Shown piece after piece: positions 26,560-40,924 of a stretch of 64,000 bases of DNA (the stretch's first letter is position 1; each line of letters starts with the position of its first letter). The stretch comes from Octopus sinensis (lineage: Eukaryota). The notes beneath the pieces were generated by a model. That model had not been told where the DNA came from. It did not search any database and worked only from the letters and a program-made list of their open reading frames with translations. The stretch covers positions 263,300-327,299 of the forward strand of contig NW_021831985.1 in assembly GCF_006345805.1 (NCBI RefSeq), written 5' to 3'. Both the position numbers and the translations under genes were made by a program.

Positions 26560-26815
26560 TTTATCTCCCCTTCTCTCTAGCTCTCTTGTGTGACCCTTCT
26601 GTCCGGCCTTCGCCATGTTAGATCTATAGCCACTACACATTCTTTATTTTCTCTCCTTGTTTCTTTCTGTGTTCCTTTCTGTGGAAGAGCGTAGGCTCGA
26701 AACATTAAAGACTTTTTCACTTCCCGAGCGTTATACTAATACATCTGTTTGTTGTTTGTTGTCTACACCACCTGTCTTTGTCTTTTGCTTTTTGTGAATT
26801 CTCCCCCTATATATT
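26560..26815 (+). mobile_element. Dispersed pLTR-like repeat with a degenerate hammerhead motif (26675-26710)
   Basis: Homologous to 54590-54760 (minus) and 33500-33592 (minus). Confidence 0.6.
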
Positions 26816-27976
26816 CATATATATATATATTAATAAATAAAATAAAACATATGCATATATATAAACATATATGTACGTACCTACCTCTACATGTACATAT
26901 ACACGCATATATGAGTACAGGACACCAAAAGGACGTCGAACACAATGAGAAACGAAAACATAGACACAAACCAAAGGAACTGGACATTTTTTTAAACAAC
27001 AAAAAAATAGAGTACAGGACACTTAACACAAAGAAAAAACCCCTTCTTCAGTCGCTATGGTTTCATCTATTCTACGTTTCGAAGGATAAAAGCGAGACGT
27101 ATATTCGACAAGAAACTTTCCTTCCTGCGAAAAGCAAATCAATTAAAATTCTGAGATCTTTTCGCAGAGGGGTAAAAATGGTGACAAAAACAGGACAGTA
27201 ACGACAGTACAAATTATAAACAGTAAAAGACAGGACAAGGAAAAACAAGATAAGAAGGGCTGTTAACGCCGAACGAAAAAAGGTATTGCGTGTGTGTGTG
27301 TGCGCGTGTGTGTGTGTGTGCATACACACGCACATACATTCACACACATAAGATAAAGAGATGGCACAGGAAAAACAACGGCTATGTTACGAACTTTATT
27401 ACCTTACAGCTGTTTCTGTTATAGGATAGAGGGGACTTAGGTATTCATGTACTATGAGTCCACTACATCCTATATAATAGAAATAGCTGTAAGCTAGCGA
27501 AGCTTCATAACATAACCATTGTTTTTCTTGTGTCATCCCTTTTTCTTATTACCGCTATATATATTCGTCTCGCATTTTGTTCTCAAATATATGTATATTG
27601 AATTCTATACCAGGTGATTAGTCTCGCAAGCTTAAGCAACACACACACACATACATAATACATACATACATACATACATACATACATACATACATACATA
27701 CATACATACATACAAACATACATATACACACACACATATGTATGTATAAATGCTTTTAATACCTTATGAATAAATATAAACAATAGCTTTAAAGTAAGGT
27801 TCGAACACTTCTGAGAATGAATTAGGTAATTCACAGGATTATTTATGCAAAATAATTCATAAGGATTAACAAAGAATAGACGAATGTCAGCAATGGTATT
27901 CAAATTCTTTTTTAGTTAAACATTACAAAACCATAAACCTTGAAAAATATTCTAGTCACATCTTTACTCCAATGCA

Positions 27977-28017
<41 letters not shown>

Positions 28018-28569
28018 TATATATATTATATATATATGTATGTATGTATTTATATATGTATGTATGTATGTATGTATTATGTATGTATGTATGTATGTAT
28101 GTATGTATGTATTCATTAAAAGCCATAAAAAAGTCGGATGATATTGCAAGTGTAGATATATTTAACCACTTGACATCCTTAGTATTACGACCTTTTCAGA
28201 GCCTTCTTCATGTAATAATAATTTCAGTGTATAATAATATCTACATGTCTGCATTATTATGCATGCTACGCTTTATACAAAACAAATCAATGCAAATAAA
28301 GAAAGCTAGCTCATCAGATCGCCAGAACATCAACGATTCAATACATACAGATTTTTCTCTTTATATTTTCAATGTATGGAAGACCGAGACTAGGTAAAAT
28401 TAGCTTCGTTTCATCAGTAGAAATAAAGATATGTTGTTTCATAGTTTCATATCAATCAAAGTGCTGCAACTATGTTCAGGGAATTCCCCAGCCTTAATGC
28501 TGTTTCTTATTCATTTACTTAATTCATCCCGATTAAAATGCTCCAATCAATAAATTCAAAACAAAAAAA

Positions 28570-28850
28570 TATTAGCTTTAATTCAGCTAATTATAATTCA
28601 GGGAAAATAACTCAAGGAAAAACGCAGGGAATATCGAAGGTCTCTGCGCGAAATTCCAGAAGAACGTAAGAAAAAAGGAGGAGAAGGGAAAGGAAAAGAC
28701 AACAATAGATAGAAAAAGAGCAATAATCCCAGGGACAGCAATCATAAATTATATAAAATTGAATGCAAACAGAATAGGACAAATCTAATACCGAAAGCAG
28801 CAACACATTAAGGGGAGATGGTATAGGGAAAACAAATAAACGAGTATAGA
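28570..28850 (-). repeat. Unclassified dispersed repeat, inverted homologue of 32030-32310
   Basis: Shared CCTGCGTTTTTCC..TATTTTCCCTGAATTA(T/C)AATTAG(C/T)TGAATTAAAGCT. Confidence 0.65.
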
Positions 28851-28854
28851 TAGA

Positions 28855-29236
28855 AGCACTCCGCCGGTTACGACGACGAGGGTTCCGGTTGATCCGAATC
28901 AACGGAACAGCCTGCTCGTGAAATTAACGTGTAAGTGGCTGAGCACTCCACATACACGTGCACCCTTAACGTAGTTCTCGAGGATATTCAGCGTGACACA
29001 GAGAGTGACAAGGCCGGCCCTTTGAAATACAGGTACAACAGAAACAGGAAGTAAGAGTGAGAGAAAGTTGTGGTGAAAGAGTACAGCAGGGATCACCACC
29101 ATCCCCTGCCGGAGCCTCGTGGAGCTTTAGGTGTTTTCGCTCAATAAACACTCACAACGCCCGGTCTGGGAATCGAAACCGCGATCCTATGACCGCGAGT
29201 CCGCTGCCCTAACCACTGGGCCATTGCGCCTCCACA
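28855..29236 (-). mobile_element. SINE family S3, full length
   Basis: Head GGAGGCGCAATGGCCCAGTGGTTAGGGCAGCGG; tail CCCTCGTCGTCGTAACC; near-identical to 49150-49533. Confidence 0.85.
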
Positions 29237-29467
29237 AACAAGTATAATAGACTAATGAAAGTTGCTTAGGCAACAAGCAATTTCAACATAAAGATATGGT
29301 TCTAAAACTTTATAGATTTATGCTGGACAGTGAAATTTAGAGAGATCAGTTACATAGCTGCAAAGAAGTAATAATATAGTAGGCGAAACAGAAGCGATAT
29401 TCCCCATATATAAAAAAAAAAGAACCGGAAAAACCACTCACCTCAAAGTTTCACTTAACCAATATTA

Positions 29468-29977
29468 TCTATATATATAAAACTGTAGTTGTGTGAGTGT
29501 CTGTCCCCTTCGATTTAGATTCCTAACTACTCCCACATTTTGCGGTGCAGTTTAACCAAATTCGGATATCTTATAGTCGTGATTCATATCGAGCCCGTCT
29601 GAGTATTAGCGCGCGTCTACGATGAGTCTACGATTTTAAAAATAATTTAACATAATTTTTTATTCCATTTTAATGCATAATTTTTCGTGTGTCGATGGCG
29701 GCGGAGTTGGCGTCCATGGTCACACCTGCACCTGTTTGCTTCTCCCCCTTCTTCCCTACCTCGTGAAGCTGTGGGGAAGGGAGTGTAAGGAAATCAACGT
29801 CGTAAAGCGTTGTCAAGGAGACCAGCGTTCTTTTAGAACGACTTCATGGCTTGAAGACACCAAAACAGAAATGGCTAAGAAAGCCCGAATTGGCATCTAT
29901 AAGGGAAGTAACTCTCTACAAATGCTTATATAGTTATTTCCCTTACAAACCCGAGCAACGCCGGGCGATACTGCTAG
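29468..29977 (+). mobile_element. Non-autonomous Helitron type A with about 220 bp of extra internal sequence
   Basis: TC start and hairpin plus CTAG end; segment about 29683-29905 is absent from other type A copies. Confidence 0.75.
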
Positions 29978-30369
29978 TTGAGAATAAAGCAATTCAATTA
30001 AAATCATGTCGGTTCAGTAGCTATGTTAGATCACTACTATAAATTTTAAAATTATAGGAAGTATTAAGGAAATGTTAAAAAGAATTTATAAGAATTATAA
30101 AGAATTATAAATGCCCAAACTATGGAAGATGAAGTAAATATTATAAAACTACCGCCTAGGGCCAGTAGCAAATTGAATAAAGTTATCAAGTTATAAATTA
30201 TATAAAATTACAGCCATCGGTATATGTCGTTAGAACTAAAGTTGATAAAGTAGTTTAAATTTGATCAGTTATATAACCTTAATATAATTCACGAATCTTA
30301 TTAGTAATTAAGTTCTATATCGTAGGGTTATAGTTACGAATCTAACACTCGGGAAAGGCTTTAAAGAAT

Positions 30370-30900
30370 CAGTTTTAAGTAGAAGTTTCTATGGATAGAA
30401 TGCGGTCAGTTGATTCTTAATTCATCAGATCTATTCATAACACCACTTGTGCATTTTAAGATTTTCAAGAATTTTTAACATCAGAAATTGTAACTTTATT
30501 TATCACCAACATAAGGCTTAGCATATCAAGCGATGCTCCACGTCAGATGAAAATCGACACTTTTGTCATCTAACTCCCAATATCTCCGCGGAGAGCGGTT
30601 TGTTTTCGCTTTCTCTTGCCTTCTAAATGTATGAAAATGATTAAATATCTTGTTTTAAAAATACAAGAAGTGGAACCAACACAAGTGAAAGTATTTAGGT
30701 TAGTTTTAACATAACATATATGCACAACGTTTTTGGTCAGGCATTTATTTCCTAGTGGGCATTCAAATTTCTCCTTAAAGTTACATAATCTTATTAACGT
30801 GGGGATGGGAATTATGCGGTACAAAGCCATAATCGGTAGAATTGCTATGTGTATTAGTCACCCCATTATCATTTACATTATCATAATTCATTCTAAAGTT
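30370..30900 (-). pseudogene. Penelope-like element GIY-YIG endonuclease remnant
   Basis: CPLGNKCLTKNVVHICYVKT..TCVGSTSCIFKTRY..RKQTAL, then TWSI..AKPY and MNRSDEL, matching the PLE endonuclease C-terminus. Confidence 0.75.
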
Positions 30901-30989
30901 ATTATAAACAACACTTTGTACCCCAAGTCTTCCAGAAGGATTATACTGGTTATAATTGTTTCTAAGTCTATTCACTCCATTACATTTAG

Positions 30990-31874
<885 letters not shown>

Positions 31875-32661
31875 AAGAATTGTTACACATATGATGGTTA
31901 TTCTTTATAGTAACACCATATTTGATATAATATAAACGCAATTGCGTTATAGCAAAAACTACAACTGTAGTTGTAGTAATGGTAACGATAACGTATATCT
32001 AAACACGTTGAAAATTTCATTAGTTTGGTATACACACCTAGTTGTTTATACCACTGCCGTTATTCTTTGACCACTTTCGCAATTAGATTCGTTCTCTTCA
32101 GTTTCTATCCAAATTTATGTCGTTTACGATTGCTGGCACCGCAATTGTGGCTATCTCTCTATACTTATTATTGTCTTTTCCTTCTCTTTCCTTTTCTTGT
32201 TTTCTCTCCCGCTCTTCTGAAATTTCGAAGATACTTTCGTTGTTAACCTGCGTTTTTCCCAAGCATATTTTCCCTGAATTACAATTAGTTGAATTAAAGC
32301 TGTTAGTTTATTTGTTCTGCAATAATTAATCGGAGTACTTCAATGAACAAATAACGCTGGCATTTATTAACCATGTCAATCCTTCACGTTCAAAGCAATA
32401 TAGCACAGTAAATGGGGTTTTGTTTTTAGAACATCGATAATTGTCTTCAAATATGTTTTGATTCTGTTTCTATTCAAGTTTTCATAGTTCATAATTGTTG
32501 CCGCTGTGATTACGACTATCCAATATCATAGCATCCCGTGCTATGATTTTGGCTTATTTAAATGTCTAATTTATATCAGTCATTTTAGCCATTAATTTTA
32601 GTGTGCTTCACTTTGATATACTTCTATCATTTATGAAACTCTTAAATCAAATCTCTCGCTT

Positions 32662-32712
<51 letters not shown>

Positions 32713-32721
32713 ATATATATA

Positions 32722-33130
32722 TATATATATACTCTTTACTCTTTTACTTGTTTCAGTCATTTGACTGCGGCCATGCTGCAGCACCGCCTTTAGTCGAGCA
32801 AATCGACCCCGGGACTTATTCTTTGTAAGCCCAGTACTTATTCTATTGGTCTCTTTTTGCCGAACCGCTAAGTAACGGGGACGTAAACACACCAGCATCG
32901 GTTGTCAAGCAATGCTAGGAGGACAAACACAGGCACACAAACACACACACACACATATATATATACACATCTACGACAGGCTTCTTTCAGTTTCCGTCTA
33001 CCAAATCCACTCACAAGGCATTAGTCGGCCCGGGGCTATAGCAGAAGACACTTGCCCAAGATGCTACGCAGTGAGACTGAACCCGGAACCATGTGGTTGG
33101 TTAGCAAGCTACTTACCACACAGCCACTCC
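32722..33130 (-). mobile_element. S1 SINE, full length
   Basis: Family match. Confidence 0.85.
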
Positions 33131-33447
33131 ATATATATATTATAATTACGAGTATAATTATAATTAGGGTTCAGCAAAAAAATTTGCTTCACCACATTCC
33201 GAACTTTTGAAATAGCAGCCAAAGAACTTAGCTATTTCTTCTACTATAAGAAGAAACTCCCGGACAACATATACTAAAAACAATTCACGTAGGGAGAAAG
33301 AAAAAAAAAAACGAAATTCACTCGGCATTTGATTACTTGTGGACGCGTTTGAGAATTAGATCGATATGAAAAATTAATTAATTAATTTTTCCCTTTATTA
33401 TTATTATTATATTATTATTATATATATATATATATATATAATATATA

Positions 33448-33490
<43 letters not shown>

Positions 33491-33999
33491 ATGTATGATT
33501 GAAATTTATAGAAAGCAAAAGGCGAAACAGTTGTATGAGCAACAAGCAAGTGTATTAGTTTGACGCTCGGAAAAATGAAAAAGTCTTACGTATATGTATA
33601 TATATCTGTAAAATTTAATATGTGTCAATTATACGGTAGCCATGATAAAACTCCGAGTTTCGGATGTCGAGGCAGAAACCCACGCCGCCATCTCTTCAGT
33701 TATCCAGCCATCGAAATAATGCATTATTTCGATGGCCGGATTGTCACATATTAATTTTACAGATGTATATATATATGTTTCGGAGAAAGCATTAAGATTA
33801 TTCCGGAGGGAATAAAAGCGATGTAAAACAATGCATTCATCCCGTCAGGGAAGTGCGCTCTGTAACGAAGAGCTTTTTTCATCCTTTTCTCGAAGAATAT
33901 ATAATGTGATATTATGTATATATATATATTGTGTATATGTGTGTGTGTTGTTGTTGTTGTTGTTGTTGTTGTTGTCATAAGACTTTTATAAGTCTTATA

Positions 34000-34561
34000 T
34001 ATACATAAAAGTTCGTGCCGATTTATAGTAGCTTATCTTTTGACTTATTTTAGAACATGGTTGAGTCCATAAAATAGGATTTGACTACACCTCCATTTAG
34101 AGCACAGTTTAAGCTATCTTTTCGTGGAAGAAAGTTTATGTTACTATAACCTGTGTTAATTCTGTAACCCTTTAAAATGGAAGATAAGAAAGTTCATTTT
34201 CGGCACTTGATGCTTTGGGAACCAGACAAAAATTGCTGTAGCTCGGCTGGGATGTGTTACCCCACCCTCTACATTCACCAGATATTGCTCCTTCGGATTT
34301 CCACTTATTCAGGTCTCTGCAGAATAGTCTTAATGGTAAAAATTTCAATTCCTTGAATGACGTAAAAAGATACCTTGATGAATTCTTTGCCATGAAACCA
34401 CCTCAATTCTGGGAAGGGGTATTTTCAAGTTAAAGGAAAGATGGAGACGCATTGTGCAACAAAATGGTTCATATTTGGTTGATTAAAAATGTAATGGCAA
34501 GTATTATTTGACCTTTTTCTTTCCTTTAAAAATCGGCACGAACTTCTCAGACAACCCAATA
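34000..34561 (+). mobile_element. Internally deleted mariner element
   Basis: MEDKKVHFRHLMLW fused to QKLL.LGWDVLPHPLHSPDIAPSDFHLFRSLQNSL..RWRRIVQQNGSYLVD*; TIR AAGTTCGTGCCGATTT / AAATCGGCACGAACTT. Confidence 0.85.
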
Positions 34562-34606
34562 ATTTCCCATCATAGCTGGTAAACCGAGTTTAGTTTTATT
34601 TTGAAA

Positions 34607-34995
34607 CTAGCAATATCACCCGGCGTTGCTCGGGTTTGTTTCGACCCTTTAGAATTGGAATTTTTGAAAAGAAAAAGTTTTGCATTATGTAGCTTGTTAT
34701 TCTCTTTAAGTGAACATTTTTTTGGTTGAAATACACCGAAAAATGGCGACACAGCAGTCAAAAAATCGTAAAAAAATAGGGATTTTCATAGAAAAAAAGC
34801 ACCTTTTTAATGTAAATAAGTTTTGGTGTTAACATGGTTCGATTTCAATTTTTTCTTCTACGGAAGGAAGAGCAAGCCTTCTTCTGTCATACTCTCAATT
34901 TCGCTCAACTTGCGTCGCAGGGTCTCGGAGGAAATAGTGTTAGTTGAAGGCTACCAAACCTGCTATACACAGACAACTTCAGCTTTATATATATA
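34607..34995 (-). mobile_element. Non-autonomous Helitron, body type B
   Basis: Homologous to 42315-42707 and 43263-43655; hairpin plus CTAG end. Confidence 0.75.
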
Positions 34996-36134
34996 CTAGC
35001 AGTATCGCCCGGCGTTGCTCGGATTGTAAAGGAAATAACTATATAAGCATTTTTAGAGAGTTATAGCCAAAAAATAGCAAAAAAATGCATTAAAAATTGA
35101 AAAAAAATTAAGGTAAATTTTTTTTAAATCGTTGACACATCGTAGATATTTTTAGAGAGTTACTTCCCTTATATAAAAGCGAAAAAATGCATTAAAATGG
35201 AAAAATATGATGGTAATTTTTTTTAAATCGTAGACTCATCGTAGACGCGCGCTAATACCCAGAAGGGCTCGTTTGTTATTCTGGTAACTTTCTGTAAAAT
35301 TATTAAAATTTTGTTCAAACATCGCTATAGAAAATGGGTTATTAGCTAATATTCAATTGGGTATACAACAAAATTTTACGATAGAATTTGTTATTCTGGG
35401 TAACTTTCTGTAAAATTATTAAAATTTTGTTCAAACATCGCTATAGAAAATGGGTTATTAGCTAATATTCAATTGGGTATACAACAAAATTTTACAATAG
35501 AATTTGTTATTCTGGGTAACTTTCTGATACCCATAATAATATTTATGACAAAATAGGCCTTAATTTCATTTAAGGTTGTGGGAAATAACAAACTATCCTT
35601 TCTTTCGGTTTGTTTACGTTTAGCGTAATGATTTCAAATAGGCTCATTCGAAAAAGTAAATAGAAATAGTCTAAGGCTTTACTCTTCTGGGAAAGTGTGT
35701 GGCTTGGTCCAGTTTCTTCAGAAAACTCACCGAAAGAAACAGTTTTTAAATTTTCACTCCATTCAGGTACCAATTCATTTTCTTAATCGCTGTCGGATTC
35801 ACTGTTTTCACTTTAATAGCTGCAAACTTGCAAAGACAAAGCAGGAGAAGGGTGATAGCGTCAGTGAAACAATTCGCTCCCTTTGTGTGTGTGTGCGTTT
35901 GCGTGTGGTGTAAACCACATTAAGAAAAACATTTGACATACACACCAGAATGTGAGTTTTCTGTAAATTTTGCTTAATTGGAGTTTAAATTTTAAAAACT
36001 GGACCTGGCATGACGCGATGCATTGTACTCTTAAAAATGCTAGGTAAATTGTAATTGAAGAAATCCTATATTGTAGATTTGTATAACTCCCAAAGGGAGG
36101 CAGATAAAATCTGCCTTTTATAATAAGAGATAGA
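34996..36134 (-). mobile_element. Composite Helitron of about 1.14 kb with an internal 116-bp tandem repeat
   Basis: Minus start TCTATCTCTTATTATAAAAGGC at 36134; type A 3' end at 34996-35270; it is inferred that both ends belong to one element. Confidence 0.55.
35272..35526. repeat. 116-bp tandem repeat, about 2.2 copies
   Basis: TAACTTTCTG at 35285, 35401 and 35517. Confidence 0.9.
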
Positions 36135-36281
36135 AGATATCCACTGTTTTTTGAAATACGAAATGAAAGTTTGAAGAAAACGCTTATCCTTGTGTTCTGT
36201 TTTAATATTTTGAGAACGACACGTGCAAAAACAGCTGCTTGAATCTCACACTTTTGATTTAATTTCTGGTTCACGCGGTAA

Positions 36282-36683
36282 TCTATATATATAAAACTGT
36301 AGTTGTGTGAGTGTCTGTCTCCTTCGATTTAGATTCCTAACTACTCCCACATTTTGCGGTGCAGTTTAACCAAAAGCGGGTATCTTATAGTCGTGATTCA
36401 TATCGAGCCCTTCTGGGTATTAGCGCGCGTCTACGATGAGTCTACGATTTAAAAAAAAATTACCATCATTTTTTTCCATTTTAATGCATTTTTTTTGCTA
36501 TTATATAAGGGACGTAACTCTCTAAAAATGTCTACGATGAGTCAACGATTTTAAAAAAAAATTACCATAATTTTTTTTCCATTTTTAATGCATTTTTTTG
36601 CTACTTTTTGGCTATAACTCTCAAAAAATGCTTATATAGTTATTTCCCTTACAAACCCGAGCAACGCCGGGCGATACTGCTAG
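36282..36683 (+). mobile_element. Non-autonomous Helitron type A
   Basis: A|TC start, hairpin plus CTAG|T end. Confidence 0.8.
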
Positions 36684-36778
36684 TACTATTATAAACGTCT
36701 TAAACGCCACACAAGCGAAGGCATGAAATTGCGTTGCTGTTTAAGCTATGTTGCGAAACAGTAAATTTTTAAGTAATA

Positions 36779-36990
36779 CTCTCTTTACTCTTTTACTTGT
36801 TTCAGTCATTTGACTGCGGCCATGCTGGAGCACCGCCTTTAGTCGAGCAAATCGACCCCGGGACTTATTCTTTGTAAACCCAGTACTTATTCTATCGGTC
36901 GCTATTGCCGAACCGCTAAGTGACGGGGACGTAAACACACCAGCATCGGTTGTCAAGCAATGCTAGGGGGACAAACACAGACATACAAAC

Positions 36991-37027
<37 letters not shown>

Positions 37028-37190
37028 CGTATATACGACAGGCTTCTTTCAGTTTCCGTCTACCAAATCCACTCACAAGGCATTGGTAGGCCCGGAGCTA
37101 TAGCAGAAGACACTTGCCATGCAGTGGGACTGAACCCGGAACCATGTGGTTGGTAAGCAAGCTACTTACCACACAGCCACTCCTGCGCCT
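36779..37190 (-). mobile_element. S1 SINE
   Basis: Family match. Confidence 0.85.
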
Positions 37191-37489
37191 ACTTTTAATA
37201 CTTTTTATTTTATTTCTTTTTTTTTTAAAAACCTGTGCATGTGGGTATTCATTTTCTATGCGTTCGAAGCAGCTGTTTTTGTACGTGTCGTTCACAATGG
37301 TTTTTAAACGAAACAACATAAGGATAAGCATTTTCTTCAAATATTCATTTTATATTTAAAAAATATCCAGACAGTGGATATTTCAAAAGAAAAGTAGACT
37401 CGGTTTATCACTTATAATATATCCAAGAATACTCTGCATTTGTACTGAGTCCTGTAATTCATCACTTCTAGAGAATCAACAGAATTTTA

Positions 37490-37582
<93 letters not shown>

Positions 37583-38025
37583 GTCTGTCTGTCTATCTAT
37601 CTATCAATTACATGCATGTATGTATGTATGTATGTATGTATGTATGTATGTATGTATGCTTGTTTGTATGTATTATGTATGTATGTATGCATGTATGCAT
37701 GCTTGTATGTATGCTTGTATGCATGTATGTATGTATGTATGTATATATGTATGTATGTATGTATGCATGCATGTTTCATGTATGTATGTATGCATGCATG
37801 TATGTATACTTGTATGTATGCTGTATGTATGTATGTATGTATGCATTCATGCATGCATGAATGCATGTATGTATGTATGTATGTATGCATGCATGCATGC
37901 ATGAATGTATGCATGCATGCATGCATGCATGTATGTATGTATGTATGTATGTATGTATGTATGTATGCATGTATGCATGCATGCATGCATGTATGTATGT
38001 ATGTATGTATGTATGTATGTATGAA
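37490..38025. repeat. (TCTA)n followed by a degenerate (TATG/CATG)n array
   Basis: Direct reading; source of the MYVC/HTYI ORFs. Confidence 0.95.
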
Positions 38026-38265
38026 ATGAAACAACATAATTTTCAAAAATTTAAAGAGTTGTATTTAATCCTTTTCATTAATGTTGTTTATATGTACATG
38101 GTTATCTTTTATTATTATTCATTATTGAAACTAATGCTTGTGAATTTGAAAATTGATCCACAGTAATCTCTGCGGAGTTGATCATTGATCCATATTAATT
38201 CTTATGAAATTGAAAATTAATCTATAATAATTCTCATCAAAATATTTCTTCATAATAATATCCTT

Positions 38266-38722
38266 GTTATTTTGAAATCAAAGTACAAAGTTCGTTTAAA
38301 CTCCATGCTCTTCTGATTTGTGCCGTCTTCTAACTTTGATAGAATGATAAAATGAAGCAGCTTTATTCTCATTGAAACTGTTTTGAAGAAATTCTTTTTT
38401 TCTTATACATCATTTTTAAAAATTAATTTTGTTCGTGGATTATTTTTATCTTTTATCTTTTGTTTGTTTCAGCCACTGGGCTGCGGTGATGGTGGAGCAT
38501 CGCTCTGAAAGGTTTTAGTTAAACACATCGATCCCAAGGACATATTTTTTTAAAGTCTTACTTATTCTGACGGTCCCTTAAGAAAAATAATTCTTCAAAA
38601 CAGTTCCATTGAGAATAAATCTGCTTCCTTTTTGACAAGCAACCTTCTATCAAAGTTAGAAGGCGGCACATATCAGAAGAGCATGGATTTTAACCGAACT
38701 TTGTACTTTGATTTTTAAATAA
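38266..38722. repeat. Inverted repeat, arms about 38266-38405 and 38578-38722, with an S1 tail fragment in the spacer
   Basis: AAAGTACAAAGTTCG..CATGCTCTTCTGA..TTCTAACTTTGATAGAA mirrored on the right. Confidence 0.85.
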
Positions 38723-38729
38723 AACCAGC

Positions 38730-39790
38730 AGTTCTTTGGCGTTGATATGGGAAAGAGAATGGGCCCCAATTTTTCTAACTTATTTGTTGGTTACGTTGAG
38801 GTCCAAATCTTCTCAGTTCTTCAGACCGATCTCAGAGCTATACGGTCGCTATATAGACGGCTGCATTGGCGTTGGCTCTTTCTCCCGCGAACAGCTCCCC
38901 ATTTTCATCTCTTTCGTTTCTAACTTCCACCCTTCTCTTGAATTCACCTCTACCATCACTGGTATCTCCGTAAACTTCTTCGATATCTCTCTCTCCATTG
39001 ATCCCCTCACCCATCTCCGCTTTTTAAAACCCATAGACTCCTACCTCTACCTCAACTTTTTCTTCTCTCATCCCTCCCACACCAAACGGGCCATCCCCTA
39101 CTCCCAGTTTCTCCGCTTCCGACGCCAGTGCAGCCGGGACCAGGATTTCGAGACCCGGTCCCAGTACGTGGCCCTCTTGTTCATGCATCGCGGATACCCA
39201 TCCACCCATGTCCAGACTGACATTACCCGCGCTCGTCTAATCGATCGCACTACCGCCGTCACACAGTTCCCCCAACTGCATCCCCTTTCCCCTCCTTTTC
39301 CACCCCTTCACATACCCATTCATCAGAAGATAGATCCCAGCACCCTCCCTATTTCCCCAACTCACCCTTGCTCTCCTTCAAATGTGCCCGTAACCTACGC
39401 GATCTACTGGTCCCTAGCTTCCTCCCCTCCTCCATTCTCATCCAACCCAGATCCTTCCCTTGCTCCAGACCTTGTTACCACACCCGTTCTTTCCTCACCA
39501 ACACCTCCTCCCTCGCTGGATCCAACCAGAACACCCTCTACAGTAGGAACTCCTTCTGCACTTCGTCAAGCCTTATTTATTGTATCAGGTGCAATCTTTG
39601 TACCTGATACGTAGGCGTTCGTCTACGTAAGAACACCCCTGTCGCCTGTCACTCTCGCTTGGCCGGTCACTCCACCTAAGACCTCACTGTCTTCACTGTA
39701 TGGATCCACCAACTCTAGACTCCACCTGGAACAACGCTACATTTTCACTCTACGAACTCAAATCCCTTTCGGACTCAACACAACCCCACA
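38730..39790 (+). pseudogene. 5'-truncated Penelope-like element (Neptune-like): RT C-terminal half plus GIY-YIG, frameshifted
   Basis: GVDMGKRMGPNFSNLFVG; YGRYIDGCIG (YxDD); VSNFHPSLEFT; HPSHTKRAIPYSQFLRFRR; FPCSRPC..CTSSSLIYCIRCNLC; terminal LEQRYIFTLRTQIPFGLN. Confidence 0.85.
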
Positions 39791-40519
39791 GAGTTTATGT
39801 CTACCAAAATCGCTCACCAGGCTTTTATCGGTCCAAGGCTATAATAGCCGACACTTGTCCAACAAAACATTATGGTATAAGACATTTGTCCAAGGAGACG
39901 TACTGTTGGACTGAACCTGAAAGCACATTGTTGCGAAGCGAGCTTTTTAATCTCGTTAATCATGCTTGCATCCCATTTAAAATATTTGTTATACCCTTTG
40001 AAACAATCTCTTTATCGGTGGAGAATATAAACATCGGCAAAGAAAAGCAGACAAATGGTGCGTTATGAATGAAGTGCCTTCAAATATATTTTTATCAGTA
40101 GATTATATTACACTCCCTTGTTTATTCTTATAGTCAGAAATGCAGTGAAGTTAGTGATAGGCTTGTTAGAAACCTGCAACAAACAACACTGTTGTTCATA
40201 AATACGATATTAAAATAAAAAGATAAAGCAAACTAACAAAATAGACTAGAAATTAAAACAAAACTATAATAAAGAAACATATAAAATAAGAAATATACCA
40301 GTATTATCTGATATTTAAAACAAAAGCAATAAATTATTAGTGAAAGAAAGCAATAATATAGTAGACTTAATGGATTAACAAGAACTTAGACAGGACTAAG
40401 AGAGATTAAGTCAACATGTGGAGGCCAGAAATTGGAAAATAGATTTTGTCACAGTGAATTAGAAATAATAAGCCATAGAATTTTTTTAAATCTTAATCCT
40501 TTGAACATAGACATCTTTA

Positions 40520-40850
40520 ATCTTTTATCATTTTCGTGTTGCAGTCATTAGACGGCGGCAACGCTGGGGCACCGCCTTGAAGAATTTTTACTCGAATGAA
40601 TTTATCCTAGTACTTATTTTTTTTAAAGCCTGGTACTTATTCGATCGGTCTCTTTTGCCGAACTGCGAAGTTACGAGGACGTAAACATGCCAACACTGGT
40701 TGTCAAGTGGTAGTGTGGAACAATGACGCGCGCGCGCACGCACACATGTATGTACCCCCCCCCCGCCAATACATATTTATATATGCTATATACGACGGGC
40801 TTCTTTCAGTGTCCGTCTTCCGAATCCACTCACGAGGCTTTGGTCGTTTC
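40520..40850 (-). mobile_element. Diverged S1 SINE lacking its head
   Basis: Family match. Confidence 0.7.
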
Positions 40851-40924
40851 TGCCTGCTCGCCGCCTTAGAGATGATGTGTATTAACTAAAACACGAAGAG
40901 ATGTTACATTGTAAGCTATATTCT

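Noticed and set aside
31811-31941. N-terminal part of the 181-aa ORF with poly-Asn
   Set aside because: The frame runs through the (AAT)n target array and unrelated flank; only 31396-31810 is element-derived.
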